Positions 18,628-28,621 of a stretch of DNA of 64,000 bases are shown here, one piece after another. Origin of the DNA: a virus (taxonomy: Duplodnaviria; Caudoviricetes); IMG/VR virus record IMGVR_UViG_3300042453_002018, positions 1 to 64,000 of that record; one strand, 5' to 3'. Each line of letters opens with the position of its first letter. The stretch's first letter is position 1. The notes under the pieces are model-generated. The model was not told the DNA's origin and ran no database searches. It saw only the letters and a list, made by a program, of their open reading frames with translations. Position numbers and translations under genes: made by a program.

Positions 18628-21387
18628 ATGAAATTTAGCGATTTTCTGCGTGAGCAGAAAGAAAAACATGCTGTCCTAGCATTTGGACGCATGAATCCGA
18701 TTACAAACGGTCACGAAAAAGTAGTTAAAACCGTTAAAAAACTTGCCAAACAAGTTGGCGGTTCACATCATATTGTCCTGTCACACTCACAGGATGCAAA
18801 GAAAAATCCCCTTACAGTAGAACAAAAGATCAAACATGCTAAACATGCGTTTGCCGACACAAACTTTGTAGCAGCATCCAAAGAATCGCCTACATTCTTT
18901 GATTATGCAGAAAAACTATACAAACAAGGCGTAACTCATCTTCACATGGTTGCTGGTTCTGATCGTGCTGTTGAATATGTAAAATTACTTCAAAAATATA
19001 ATGGCACACATAAAGGTGCCCGTTTCAATTTCAAATATGTTGGTGTAGAATCCGCTGGTGAACGTGATCCAGATGCAGAAGGTGCAGAAGGAATTTCTGC
19101 ATCAAAGATGCGTGACGCTGCAAAGAACGGAGACTTTGATACTTTCAAAAAAGGTGCGCCATCAACAATGTCAGTTGCTCAAGTCAAACAAATGTATAAC
19201 GATGTTCGTAAAGGTATGAGACTTCATGAAGAAATACTTCGTGAAGGTGTTCATGACAAAGGTATTTTCAAAGCAGTATTTCTAGGTGGTGGTCCCGGTT
19301 CAGGTAAAGACTATGTGTTAAGCAAAACACTTGATGGTCATGGTCTGACAGAAATCAATTCTGACAAAGCACTTGAGTATTTGATGGACAAAGAAGGTCT
19401 TGATAAGAAGATGCCTGATGATGAAGAAGCACAACGTAATGCAGTTCGCAAGAGAGCAAAAAATGTAACGGAATTACGTCAGCGCCTTGCACTTCATGGA
19501 CGTAATGGATTAATTATCAATGGTACAGGTGATGATCCAGAAAAGTATGCAAAACTTAAAGACATGCTTGAAAAGTTAGGCTATGAAACACAGATGATCA
19601 TGGTCAACACAGCAGACGAGGTTTCAAAAGAAAGAAACATCGAACGTGGTCAGCGCGGTGGTCGTACTGTACCAGAAAACATTCGTAAAGAAAAATGGGA
19701 TTCTGTGCAAGCAGCACGACCAATGTTTGGTAAAATATTTCGTGACAATTACATTGAGTTTGATAATTCAGAAGATTTGCGTACCGCATCTCCAGATGTT
19801 GTGGAAGCAAAGACCAAAGAATTAGACGGCATTTTTAAGAGCGTACAAAAATTTGTTGCAAAACCACCTAAGAATGATGATGCAAAAGGCTGGATTGCTA
19901 CTGAACTCGGCAAGAAAGATACCGCACCGATTCGTACCGACATGAAACCACACGCTGATGCAGGCACACATGATGACATGAACACGATGGGACTTGAATA
20001 CTATGGTTTTGGTCGTTATGGTAAAGATGGTAAAGTAACACACCGTTCTGTACACGGCAGTCTTGTGCCAGTTGAGAAGATTGCAAAAACTGTTGAAACA
20101 CATCAAAAGAAAATGTCAAAAGTAAATGAGGCATTTGATAAACTCATCAATGAAGCAGTTACAGTTTCGATTACTGGCGACACAGTAGAAGAAGTTACTA
20201 AAACAATTCGTTTGCTGAAAACGGACGAAGAAGAAATGACTGAGGAAGAAGAAGTGAATACAATGTCTGATCCTGGTGCATACAATCTACTGACACTCGG
20301 TACAGGCATGATCAAAGAAGATTTGCGTAATTGGTTTAATCCAAAACATCCAGAGGGTGGTTGGAAACGAATCAATTCTAAAGGTGAAGCAATAGGTCCT
20401 TGTGCAAGAGAAGAGGGTGAACCAAAGCCAAAATGCATGTCAAATGCAAAGAGAGCAATGCTTTCTAAAAAAGAACGCGCATCAGCAGTTGCATCAAAAC
20501 GCCGTCATGATCCAAATCCAGAACGCAAGGGCGAACCAATTAATGTGTCAAGTTTTGGTAAAGGCAAAATTAGTGAAGCCGCATACGAGGGCAACATTGG
20601 CATGATGGAAGTTATGAAGTTCCATCAGAAAGCCACACCAGAACAAAAGAAAAAGTTCAAAGAACATCTTGCAAACAAAAATCACAAAGAAGCATGGAAA
20701 ATGATTCAACATGTTTCTGGTACAAAGTTGATCGGTAAACAATTTGAAGAAACCGAAAAGAAGCAAAAACTGTTGACAGATAAAAATGGTAAACCAAGAT
20801 TGTTTTTCATTCGTGGTTCAGCAGCAAAAGAAGCACATCAAAAAAATGGTACAGTAGCAAAAGTTGGTAAAAGATATGTCGTTAAACTAAAAGAGGACTT
20901 ATATGAAGTACATTCACCTAATAATTCTGCGATTGAAGCAGTTTATGGACAGAATAACTCCACCCCGTCAGCCGAGCAACTTGGAAAAGTCAGAGCCAGT
21001 ACTGGAAGAAAAGAACGACCAGCCCTCGACAAACCCGTTGCCGAAGGAAGAAGAACAATCAGTCTTGCCAGCATCAAAGAAAACTGGCAGAAAAAAATCC
21101 AAGAGTCAATAGACAAAGGAATAGAACCAGGCATTTCAATGGCAGGTGCTGGTGAAAGCCCTGCAAGAGATATGGGTGAGAAACCAGATCGTGATGGTAA
21201 AGCAACACAAGTTACATGCAATGGTACAGGCGCAGGTGCAATATGTCCTAAACACGGAATGAAAAATTGCAGGCTTGCAGAATTAACTGGTGATGAAACA
21301 ACAGCAAGTATCGGCGATCAAAAAGAAGATGAATTGAAGAAAAAAGGTATATCACTCACAACATTCAAGAAAAAAAATTACATATGA
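18628..21387 (+). CDS. multidomain protein: cytidylyltransferase-like domain, P-loop (zeta/AAA_33-like) kinase and small modules
   Basis: FGRMNPITNGH...VAGSDR...ISASKMR; GGGPGSGKD; further modules after xxE junctions. Confidence 0.8.
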   Translation: MKFSDFLREQKEKHAVLAFGRMNPITNGHEKVVKTVKKLAKQVGGSHHIVLSHSQDAKKNPLTVEQKIKHAKHAFADTNFVAASKESPTFFDYAEKLYKQGVTHLHMVAGSDRAVEYVKLLQKYNGTHKGARFNFKYVGVESAGERDPDAEGAEGISASKMRDAAKNGDFDTFKKGAPSTMSVAQVKQMYNDVRKGMRLHEEILREGVHDKGIFKAVFLGGGPGSGKDYVLSKTLDGHGLTEINSDKALEYLMDKEGLDKKMPDDEEAQRNAVRKRAKNVTELRQRLALHGRNGLIINGTGDDPEKYAKLKDMLEKLGYETQMIMVNTADEVSKERNIERGQRGGRTVPENIRKEKWDSVQAARPMFGKIFRDNYIEFDNSEDLRTASPDVVEAKTKELDGIFKSVQKFVAKPPKNDDAKGWIATELGKKDTAPIRTDMKPHADAGTHDDMNTMGLEYYGFGRYGKDGKVTHRSVHGSLVPVEKIAKTVETHQKKMSKVNEAFDKLINEAVTVSITGDTVEEVTKTIRLLKTDEEEMTEEEEVNTMSDPGAYNLLTLGTGMIKEDLRNWFNPKHPEGGWKRINSKGEAIGPCAREEGEPKPKCMSNAKRAMLSKKERASAVASKRRHDPNPERKGEPINVSSFGKGKISEAAYEGNIGMMEVMKFHQKATPEQKKKFKEHLANKNHKEAWKMIQHVSGTKLIGKQFEETEKKQKLLTDKNGKPRLFFIRGSAAKEAHQKNGTVAKVGKRYVVKLKEDLYEVHSPNNSAIEAVYGQNNSTPSAEQLGKVRASTGRKERPALDKPVAEGRRTISLASIKENWQKKIQESIDKGIEPGISMAGAGESPARDMGEKPDRDGKATQVTCNGTGAGAICPKHGMKNCRLAELTGDETTASIGDQKEDELKKKGISLTTFKKKNYI

Positions 21388-22166
21388 AAACTTTCAAACA
21401 AATGATAGATGAGAGATGTTGGCCTGGGTACAAGCCTGTGCCAGGTAAAAAACCGTATTCATTAGGTTCTTGTCAAAAAGAAGAGATTGAAGAATTGGAA
21501 GAAAAAGGTCCTGGTTTGTGGGCAAATATTCGTGCAAAGAAAGCACGAGGTGAGCGTATGAGAAAGCCAGGAGAAGAAGGTGCACCAACTGATGCTCAAA
21601 TCAAATCAATTAGAGCAAGTGAAGAAGTGGAACTAAGTGAATTGTCTAAATCAACTTTAGGTTCTTATCTGGTTAAAGCAAGTACAAATGCAAGACAATT
21701 AGAAGGAAGTAGAGTGCGTGGTGGAACACAAAGAGGAAAGTTTCTTGCTTATAAAAAAATAAAAAAAGATATATCAAACAGATACGCTGGCATGGACCGT
21801 GCTATTTCAAAATTCCATTCAAAGTTAAATAAAGAAGAGTATGAACAAGATGATGGCGCATTGACTGAAGATCAACTAGAACAAATGAGAGAAGCAGCAG
21901 CATGGGAACGCGCAGAAGGTAAAAACCCAGAAGGCGGTTTGAATCGAAAAGGTATTGAATCATACCGTCGTGAGAATCCAGGTTCAAAGTTATCAATGGC
22001 AGTAACAACAAAACCTTCTAAGCTTGACCCAGATTCTAAAGCAGCAAAGCGCCGCAAATCATTTTGTGCAAGAATGGGTGGAATGAAAAAAAGATTAACA
22101 TCAGCAAAGACTGCAAAAGATCCAGATTCACGCATTAACAAAGCATTGAGAAAGTGGAACTGCTGA
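21384..22166 (+). CDS. modular basic protein (DUF6321-like C-terminal module)
   Basis: MKTFKQMIDE, CWPGY, GLWANIRAK, GKNPEGGLN...RKSFCARM...RKWNC. Confidence 0.75.
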   Translation: MKTFKQMIDERCWPGYKPVPGKKPYSLGSCQKEEIEELEEKGPGLWANIRAKKARGERMRKPGEEGAPTDAQIKSIRASEEVELSELSKSTLGSYLVKASTNARQLEGSRVRGGTQRGKFLAYKKIKKDISNRYAGMDRAISKFHSKLNKEEYEQDDGALTEDQLEQMREAAAWERAEGKNPEGGLNRKGIESYRRENPGSKLSMAVTTKPSKLDPDSKAAKRRKSFCARMGGMKKRLTSAKTAKDPDSRINKALRKWNC

Positions 22167-22393
22167 TGAAAACATTTAAGTCCTTCATAGTTGAAGAAAA
22201 GAAAGCAACAATAACTAAGAAAGAAAGTTATCGTGGCAGAACAACAGCCGATGTTGAATATAATGTACATGATGAAAATGGCCGTCATATTAGAACCACA
22301 AAAACTAAAAAAGAAGCAAAAATGTGGAAAGATATGCATGAACTATCAAGGGAAGAAATGCATAAAAAATATCCGGAGTTAAAGCCAAAATAA
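22166..22393 (+). CDS. small protein with capsid-targeting-like N-terminus
   Basis: MKTFKSFIVEE. Confidence 0.7.
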   Translation: MKTFKSFIVEEKKATITKKESYRGRTTADVEYNVHDENGRHIRTTKTKKEAKMWKDMHELSREEMHKKYPELKPK

Positions 22394-22410
22394 GAAAATG
22401 GAACTGCTAA

Positions 22411-23721
22411 GTGGCACAGTTTAGAACAGACCTACACAAGATAGATTCGGGACAAGTATTCACTCGGTATGAAGTGAATATGATGTCTGATCGTCTTACA
22501 CCATCTGGCACAATTACGGATGCGTTTGGTCGTCTTCGTCTATCACAACCATTTACTCTTTTTGATAGCACACATCGCTTTGCTGACAACGGACTGTGGT
22601 CAACATCAAATACAGCAGGAAATAGTTCTTATAATTTTGTAACGAATAAAAGTCTCATTGAAATGACTGTAGGAACTACAGCAAATGCTGAAGTCATTCG
22701 TGAAACAACAAGAGTGTTTTCATATCAACCAGGTAAGTCTTTGTTAATGATGTCGTCATTTGCTATGGAAACACCTAAAGCAAATGTTCGTCAAAGAGTT
22801 GGTTATTATGGTGCTGAGAATGGTATCTATCTTGAGAATGATGGAACGACTAATTATTTCGTGTTGAGAAGCAATACAACAGGTACGATTACAGAAACAA
22901 AAGTTGCACAAACAGATTGGAGTATAGACAAGTTTGACGGCACGGGTTATTCATCTCAAAGTGGTGGTGCTGAACATACTGATGGCATTGATATAAGTAA
23001 AACAAATATTCTCTGGATGGATGTTGAATGGCTTGGCGTTGGTGATGTTCGTTGTGGATTTGTGGTTGATGGTAAAATGGTTCCTGCCCACATATTTCAC
23101 AATGATAATAAGAATTTGGTTCCTTATATGACAACGGCATCTTTACCGTTGCGTTATGAAATCAAGAACACAGGTATTACAACAAGTAATTCCACACTCA
23201 AACAGATTTGTTCAACCGTTATGTCTGAAGGTGGATATGAATTGCTTGGATCGCAGCAAGCCGTAGGCACACCAGTTACTAGCCCAATTGATTTGGCCGC
23301 TGCTGGAACATATTATAATCTCATTTCTTTGAGATTGAAATCGGATAAATTAGATGCGATTGTCATTATTACTGCACTATCTTTATTAGCCTTAACTAAC
23401 AACTCATATTATAACTGGCAACTCAGGGCAGGTGGCACAACAACAGGTGGAACTTGGGTTAGTGCAGGAGATAATTCGTCTGTTGAATATAAATTAGATG
23501 CCGCAACAATTTCAGGTGGAAGAATATTAGCATCGGGCTTTACAACTTCTACTACACAAAGCTCTATACCAGTGGATATTCTTAGAGAAGCACTATTCAA
23601 ATTTCAATTAGAAAGAAATGGATTGACCAATACACCCTTCGAACTCACATTATGCGTAGCAGCATCAGTTAATGGTTCTGATATCTACGCATCGATGGAT
23701 TGGGAAGAAGTCACAAGATAA
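22411..23721 (+). CDS. putative virion structural protein (beta-rich)
   Basis: DAFGRLR, YQPGKS, WLGVG; Thr/Ser/Gly-rich. Confidence 0.6.
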   Translation: MAQFRTDLHKIDSGQVFTRYEVNMMSDRLTPSGTITDAFGRLRLSQPFTLFDSTHRFADNGLWSTSNTAGNSSYNFVTNKSLIEMTVGTTANAEVIRETTRVFSYQPGKSLLMMSSFAMETPKANVRQRVGYYGAENGIYLENDGTTNYFVLRSNTTGTITETKVAQTDWSIDKFDGTGYSSQSGGAEHTDGIDISKTNILWMDVEWLGVGDVRCGFVVDGKMVPAHIFHNDNKNLVPYMTTASLPLRYEIKNTGITTSNSTLKQICSTVMSEGGYELLGSQQAVGTPVTSPIDLAAAGTYYNLISLRLKSDKLDAIVIITALSLLALTNNSYYNWQLRAGGTTTGGTWVSAGDNSSVEYKLDAATISGGRILASGFTTSTTQSSIPVDILREALFKFQLERNGLTNTPFELTLCVAASVNGSDIYASMDWEEVTR

Positions 23722-23746
23722 CAAAAACTAAATCAGGAGAACAAAA

Positions 23747-25261
23747 ATGTCAATTTTTCATGACAAAAATCTAAAAAGTGTTGCGGAAGCAGCAGCAAAG
23801 ATCATGGCTGAAACAAGTCATGAATTAAAGGGCAACCAACATAAAATTGACGCCAATAAAAATGGCAAAATTGATGCTCACGACTTTAAGCTTCTGCGTG
23901 GTAAGAAAGACACAAAGAAAGACATGCAAGAAGGTGTTAAAGGTGCAGCAGTTGGTGGTGCATTAGGTGCTATGGCAGGTGGTCCAGTTGGCGCAGCAGT
24001 TGGTGGTGCATTAGGTCATGCGGCTGGTGAGGTTCTTTCAAGCGCAAAAAATAAAGCAAAAACAATGGGTCGTGTTGCTGTGGGTCCTTCAATGGCCGAT
24101 AGCAAAATGAAGAAAGAAGAGATTGAGCAACTTGATGAAGTTGGTGATACACCATCAGGTAGAAAAACACTAAGCTCATATGTCAACAAAGCAATTGGTG
24201 ACAAATCAAAAGATCGCTCAAAAGGTTTGCGTAAAGCAACATCACGCCTCTACAAAGACAACTTCTACGGCAAAAAAACAAATGAAGAAGTTGAACAGAT
24301 TGATGAGATCAGTTTAGATTTAGCAAAAAGAGCCAGAGATAAAGCCGAGCATATGGTTGATGCGGATCATGACGATATGAGAGATAAACCATATGGTTAT
24401 AGTGAAAAGCAAAGAGTCAAGTTTCAAAAATACGTTGACAAAAAAGAGTCAAAGAAAAACGTAAAAGAAGAAGTTGAACTTGATGAAGCATTTCCAACTG
24501 TAGCAGATGCAAAGAAGCGTATGGATGCAGGTAAAACAGCAACAGGTTCAGTCACAAAAACTGCAACAGGTCTTGTTCATAAGCGTGACTACAAAGATGA
24601 TGATAATGATGAAGCACCAAAAAAATCAACAGGTTATGGCGCGCGTCAAAACTACAAGCGTTCAACCCGTGTCAATGAGGCAGCATCATTTACAGAAATG
24701 CTTGAACTGTACAATGAGCATGGTCTGAAAGTGTTAGCACCAATTGAAACAGAAGAGATGGACATTGATGGCACGATGATTGAAGTTATTGATGCAGATC
24801 AAGTGAACGGTTTCGTTCAAACTGAAATTGAGGAAGGCATCATGGACGTTGCAAAAGGTGCGGTAGGTGTAGTAAAAAATGTCATTTCAAAAGAAAAAGA
24901 GTATCAAGCACAAAAGCAGAAAAAAGCAGGCGAAGTTTTGAGAAAACTTCGTAAAGAAGAATCACTATCAGAAGAACCAACAAATGATGAGTTCACAAAA
25001 GAATATGAAGACCAAAAAGCAAGTTTTGAAGGTAAAAAGAAACAACCAAAAGTTGCTGCTGGTAAAACAACTGGTGTAAAAGAAATGCCTGAGAGTTATC
25101 AGCAAATTGATGAGCGTGAACTATCAACTGGTGAAGCCAAGAAAAAAGAAGAATATGTCAAAGGCATGAAGAAGGGTCTTTCTGGCTTTAAACAGCGTTA
25201 TGGTGAACGTGCTAAATCTGTAATGTATGCAACGGCTACAAAAATGGCTAAAAAGGACTAA
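23747..25261 (+). CDS. modular protein with acidic linkers (putative internal head polyprotein)
   Basis: IDANKNGKIDAHDF EF-hand-like loop, glycine zipper, repeated EE(I/V)EQ(L/I)DE, C-terminal VMYATATKMAK. Confidence 0.75.
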   Translation: MSIFHDKNLKSVAEAAAKIMAETSHELKGNQHKIDANKNGKIDAHDFKLLRGKKDTKKDMQEGVKGAAVGGALGAMAGGPVGAAVGGALGHAAGEVLSSAKNKAKTMGRVAVGPSMADSKMKKEEIEQLDEVGDTPSGRKTLSSYVNKAIGDKSKDRSKGLRKATSRLYKDNFYGKKTNEEVEQIDEISLDLAKRARDKAEHMVDADHDDMRDKPYGYSEKQRVKFQKYVDKKESKKNVKEEVELDEAFPTVADAKKRMDAGKTATGSVTKTATGLVHKRDYKDDDNDEAPKKSTGYGARQNYKRSTRVNEAASFTEMLELYNEHGLKVLAPIETEEMDIDGTMIEVIDADQVNGFVQTEIEEGIMDVAKGAVGVVKNVISKEKEYQAQKQKKAGEVLRKLRKEESLSEEPTNDEFTKEYEDQKASFEGKKKQPKVAAGKTTGVKEMPESYQQIDERELSTGEAKKKEEYVKGMKKGLSGFKQRYGERAKSVMYATATKMAKKD

Positions 25262-25263
25262 TT

Positions 25264-26520
25264 ATGTCAGTCGCAGATAAATTACATCAACGACAAATGG
25301 CTCTGCGTAAGAAGTCGGGACTACCACATCCCGACTATTACAAAGAGTTGGGGCATTCATACAATATTTCTGATGATAACGAAAGACTTGCGAAGCAGGC
25401 TGAAATCAAAAAGAAATATAAAGTTGAAGAAGTTGAACAACTTGATGAGATGCCAGAGTCAAGCATGAAGACACGCGATGTTCATGCACATTTAAAAAAG
25501 TCTGGCTGGTCACTCAAACGCACAGGTGGTGGTCATGATGTTTATGCTCACCCCAAATCAGAGAAACATATTGCTGTGCCAAGACATAAACAACTCAAAG
25601 CACCATTAATTCGTGGTATTATGAAAGCATCAAGAGTTTCTGAAGAAACCGAAATTGATGAGCAACTTCACAAGAAAGGAAAGTTTGTGTCAGGTCCAGT
25701 TAAAAAACCATACAAATCACCTACCGTGGTTTCACCAATTAGAGAAGCAAAAGATTCGCGTGAGTATGATTACGAAGGCGATATGGCAATGTCACAACTT
25801 CGGTCGTTAGTTTTTAATGCAGAAGATTTGATGGAAATGATGGATGAAAACACAAATCTTCCTGAGTGGGTGCAATCAAAAATTACACTTGCTGAAGATT
25901 ATATCTCTACAGCAGCAAACTATCTGCGTGGTGAATTATCGGAGTCGGTTAGTTTGAATGAAGGTCGTCCATCACAGCGTCATCCACTAGAGGGTCATGA
26001 GTATCACAAAAAATCTAATGCCGAGTTGATTGGTATTGCTAAAGATGCACACGCTGCTGCTGAAGCAATGAAAGGACACAGTCCACGGGCAGAGAACAAA
26101 TATCGTGATCAAGCAAACGATTCTGCAACAGTAAGATATTTCCGTCAAAAGAGTGGCATGCCCGACTGGTACAAGAAGAAGTATGGACATGTCAAGGAAG
26201 AAGTTGAACAGTTGGAAGAAAAGAATGTACCAACTTCACCTGAGAAGTGGGCGCAGGCTAAAGCACAAGCAAAGCAAAAGTTTGATGTATATCCTTCAGC
26301 ATATGCAAATGGTTGGGCTGCAAAGAAATACAAAGAAATGGGTGGTGGTTGGAAGTCTGTAAACGAAGACACGGATGATCCAAGCGCAGCAGCAAGAACT
26401 CTGTCACGTAAAGCACAAATCGTGAGAGATGCCGCAAAAGGAAAAAAGCAAGAACAAGAACAGGCATCGGACAAGTTTCAAAAAGACCCCGAATTGTCTA
26501 GCGATATGCAGAAAACATAA
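25264..26520 (+). CDS. modular protein containing a HicA-like domain and other small modules
   Basis: GW...GGHDVYAHP...IAVPRH...IMK; EGDMAMSQL...LPEWVQSKIT; KFDVYPSAYANGW; EEVEQL(D/E)E linkers. Confidence 0.8.
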   Translation: MSVADKLHQRQMALRKKSGLPHPDYYKELGHSYNISDDNERLAKQAEIKKKYKVEEVEQLDEMPESSMKTRDVHAHLKKSGWSLKRTGGGHDVYAHPKSEKHIAVPRHKQLKAPLIRGIMKASRVSEETEIDEQLHKKGKFVSGPVKKPYKSPTVVSPIREAKDSREYDYEGDMAMSQLRSLVFNAEDLMEMMDENTNLPEWVQSKITLAEDYISTAANYLRGELSESVSLNEGRPSQRHPLEGHEYHKKSNAELIGIAKDAHAAAEAMKGHSPRAENKYRDQANDSATVRYFRQKSGMPDWYKKKYGHVKEEVEQLEEKNVPTSPEKWAQAKAQAKQKFDVYPSAYANGWAAKKYKEMGGGWKSVNEDTDDPSAAARTLSRKAQIVRDAAKGKKQEQEQASDKFQKDPELSSDMQKT

Positions 26521-26523
26521 ATA
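26516..26523 (+). promoter_or_regulatory. late promoter CATAAATA
   Basis: Upstream of AGGAG SD and ATG26552. Confidence 0.6.
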
Positions 26524-26551
26524 AACAATCAAAGATTTATAGGAGAAAAAC

Positions 26552-27130
26552 ATGCCACTTTGGGGAAATGTAGACGCATCTAACAATGCTCCAAACTTTT
26601 CGGGTTTAACTGGTTACGACACATCAACTACAGGTGAAAGTCTAGCCAACTCAGAAACATCATCAGTATTTTCAAATACTTACATGAGCGCAACCCGTAC
26701 AAATGTAGAGTTTGGTGTATTTGGTATAGATACAACAGAAGAAGGACTGATTACCGATGGTCAACCAACACACGCTGGTTGGGTAGCCCGCACTAAAGGT
26801 GCTGGTCCTGTCGTATCAGTTTCGGCAAATACCGATGCTGTAGGTCCAGCAGCATCAGCCTGCACATATACACTGGTGCTTTCAGGTGGTGGTACAAACA
26901 ATACCTCTGCACAAGTCAGCGTAACTACCGCTGATACTGGTAGAGTTACAGCAGTCACAGTTACAAATGCTGGATTGTACACGGGCACACCAACAGCAAA
27001 CACATTTGGTAATACAGCATTTACCTTCACAATGGGCGGTCGTAATGGACGCACCACATTTGAAACTTTAGTAGCAATGGGTTCAATGACTGGTGATGCA
27101 TCCGATGACGCTATCGCACCTGATTCTTAA
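26552..27130 (+). CDS. putative virion structural/decoration protein
   Basis: MPLWG, HAGWV, ETLVAM; late promoter and strong SD. Confidence 0.6.
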   Translation: MPLWGNVDASNNAPNFSGLTGYDTSTTGESLANSETSSVFSNTYMSATRTNVEFGVFGIDTTEEGLITDGQPTHAGWVARTKGAGPVVSVSANTDAVGPAASACTYTLVLSGGGTNNTSAQVSVTTADTGRVTAVTVTNAGLYTGTPTANTFGNTAFTFTMGGRNGRTTFETLVAMGSMTGDASDDAIAPDS

Positions 27131-27138
27131 TTGAAATG

Positions 27139-27160
27139 GCGGCTGCTTTTGGGCAGCCGC
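27139..27160 (+). terminator. GC-rich hairpin (terminator or mRNA stabiliser)
   Basis: GCGGCTGC-ttttgg-GCAGCCGC; no clear U tract. Confidence 0.45.
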
Positions 27161-27167
27161 ATTCATT

Positions 27168-27560
27168 ATGTCCTTTGAAAATCTGACTGAAGATAATATC
27201 ATGTTGTATGCTGCAAAAGCGTATGATAAACCTAACTGTATCATGAGTGAATTTACTGAAGATATGAAACGTCTGAATTATCTTAAACGATTGTTCAGAC
27301 GTTATCATAAACATGGTGAGATGCGTGAGCGGTTGATACTCAATCATATCGTCGTTTTATACAACCTTTTTGGACCTGAAGCGGTTGCAAGAATACTCTT
27401 CTACAACACAAGCAAAAGTGATTATAGTGCATTAAAAACTTATCTAACTTTTTTAAATCTAATGCCAGAAAAAATTCGTGGAATTAACGGAAAAGATATA
27501 CTGTCATCGGATATTTTAATTGACATGAAAATTGCAGACGTTTTAAGAAATCTAAAATGA
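27168..27560 (+). CDS. conserved T4-like phage hypothetical protein
   Basis: AAKAYDKP...YLKRL...RLILNHIVVLYNLFG. Confidence 0.75.
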   Translation: MSFENLTEDNIMLYAAKAYDKPNCIMSEFTEDMKRLNYLKRLFRRYHKHGEMRERLILNHIVVLYNLFGPEAVARILFYNTSKSDYSALKTYLTFLNLMPEKIRGINGKDILSSDILIDMKIADVLRNLK

Positions 27561-28276
27561 TTATCGGACAAGGAGTATCAGTTGGTGGAGGAATTTATGT
27601 TGATGCGAAAAGTGATAATTTTCCACCAGAAGGTGTAAATAAATTGTATTATGGAGATTTAGGCAATCTTTTTGATGCTTCAACATATAGCGGAAGCGGC
27701 AATCAATGGATTGATACTCAGAGTGGTAACATTGCAACGCTGATTAATTCTCCAACGTACAGTACAGATTTTACAGGGTATTTCGAATTTAACGGCATCA
27801 ATCAAAGAGCAACTGTTTCCGGAACGCCTTTAAATCCTGTAAGTTATACTAAGTGTGCTTGGTTTTATCTCAACGGGACTCAGGCAAATCATTTGATCAG
27901 TTTTAATGACGGTACTGGAACTGGTCACTACATGGCGTTTAATAACACAAACAAATTATATTGTGGACATACTTCATGGCCAGGGTTTCCACTTTCGTTT
28001 GAGTCCGTAACAACTTTCGATAATTTTGTTTGGTATTTTGTTGCAGTAACTTTTGACACAATTTCAGGAATGACGCTTTTTGTAAATGGAAGAGAAGATA
28101 GTAAATTTACCCTATATAAAACTCCTCCTGTTGCAAGTCAAATAGGTATCGCAAGCTATGACAATTTTGGACATTTCAAAGGAAGAATCGGCAGAGTTTA
28201 TATCTATAACCGTGCATTGACCGCTGAAGAAGTGCGCTGGACTTTTAATGGAACCAGATATATTTACTCAATTTAA
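27557..28276 (+). CDS. LamG/concanavalin A-like lectin domain protein
   Basis: WYFVAVT, LFVNG, FKGRIGRVYIYNRALT. Confidence 0.85.
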   Translation: MIIGQGVSVGGGIYVDAKSDNFPPEGVNKLYYGDLGNLFDASTYSGSGNQWIDTQSGNIATLINSPTYSTDFTGYFEFNGINQRATVSGTPLNPVSYTKCAWFYLNGTQANHLISFNDGTGTGHYMAFNNTNKLYCGHTSWPGFPLSFESVTTFDNFVWYFVAVTFDTISGMTLFVNGREDSKFTLYKTPPVASQIGIASYDNFGHFKGRIGRVYIYNRALTAEEVRWTFNGTRYIYSI

Positions 28277-28288
28277 CTAAATAGAACT

Positions 28289-28621
28289 ATGTCTAACGAA
28301 TTCAAAAAAGAATGTGGTAAAGGATACTATTGGTGCAGTACAGATAAAGTCTGTAAGCCACTACAAGAATCTATGGAAACTACAAAGTTTTGTCCTGCAT
28401 GTAATAAAACAGAAAAACGCTCTGAGTGTGCATTTGGTCCAGAGTATTTTGATAAAAATGCAAGAAGCATGAAAGAAGATATGGGAGCACCAGCAAATGC
28501 GGTTGGTGGTGGTGCTATTGCTGGTCTTGGCGTTGGACAGCAAGGTGAACCTGGTGTAAAGAAACGCAAAACTGCAACATTCATTTCATTTATAAAGAGA
28601 AAGTCAAATGTGGCTTCTTAG
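28289..28621 (+). CDS. hypothetical protein with Cys motifs
   Basis: Preceded by ACTAAATA (28276-28283); CGKGYYWC, CPAC. Confidence 0.65.
   Translation: MSNEFKKECGKGYYWCSTDKVCKPLQESMETTKFCPACNKTEKRSECAFGPEYFDKNARSMKEDMGAPANAVGGGAIAGLGVGQQGEPGVKKRKTATFISFIKRKSNVAS

Noticed and set aside
19240-19900. Zeta toxin of an epsilon-zeta toxin-antitoxin pair
   Set aside because: The P-loop kinase domain is fused within a large late protein, no antitoxin is evident, and the substrate cannot be assigned from sequence.
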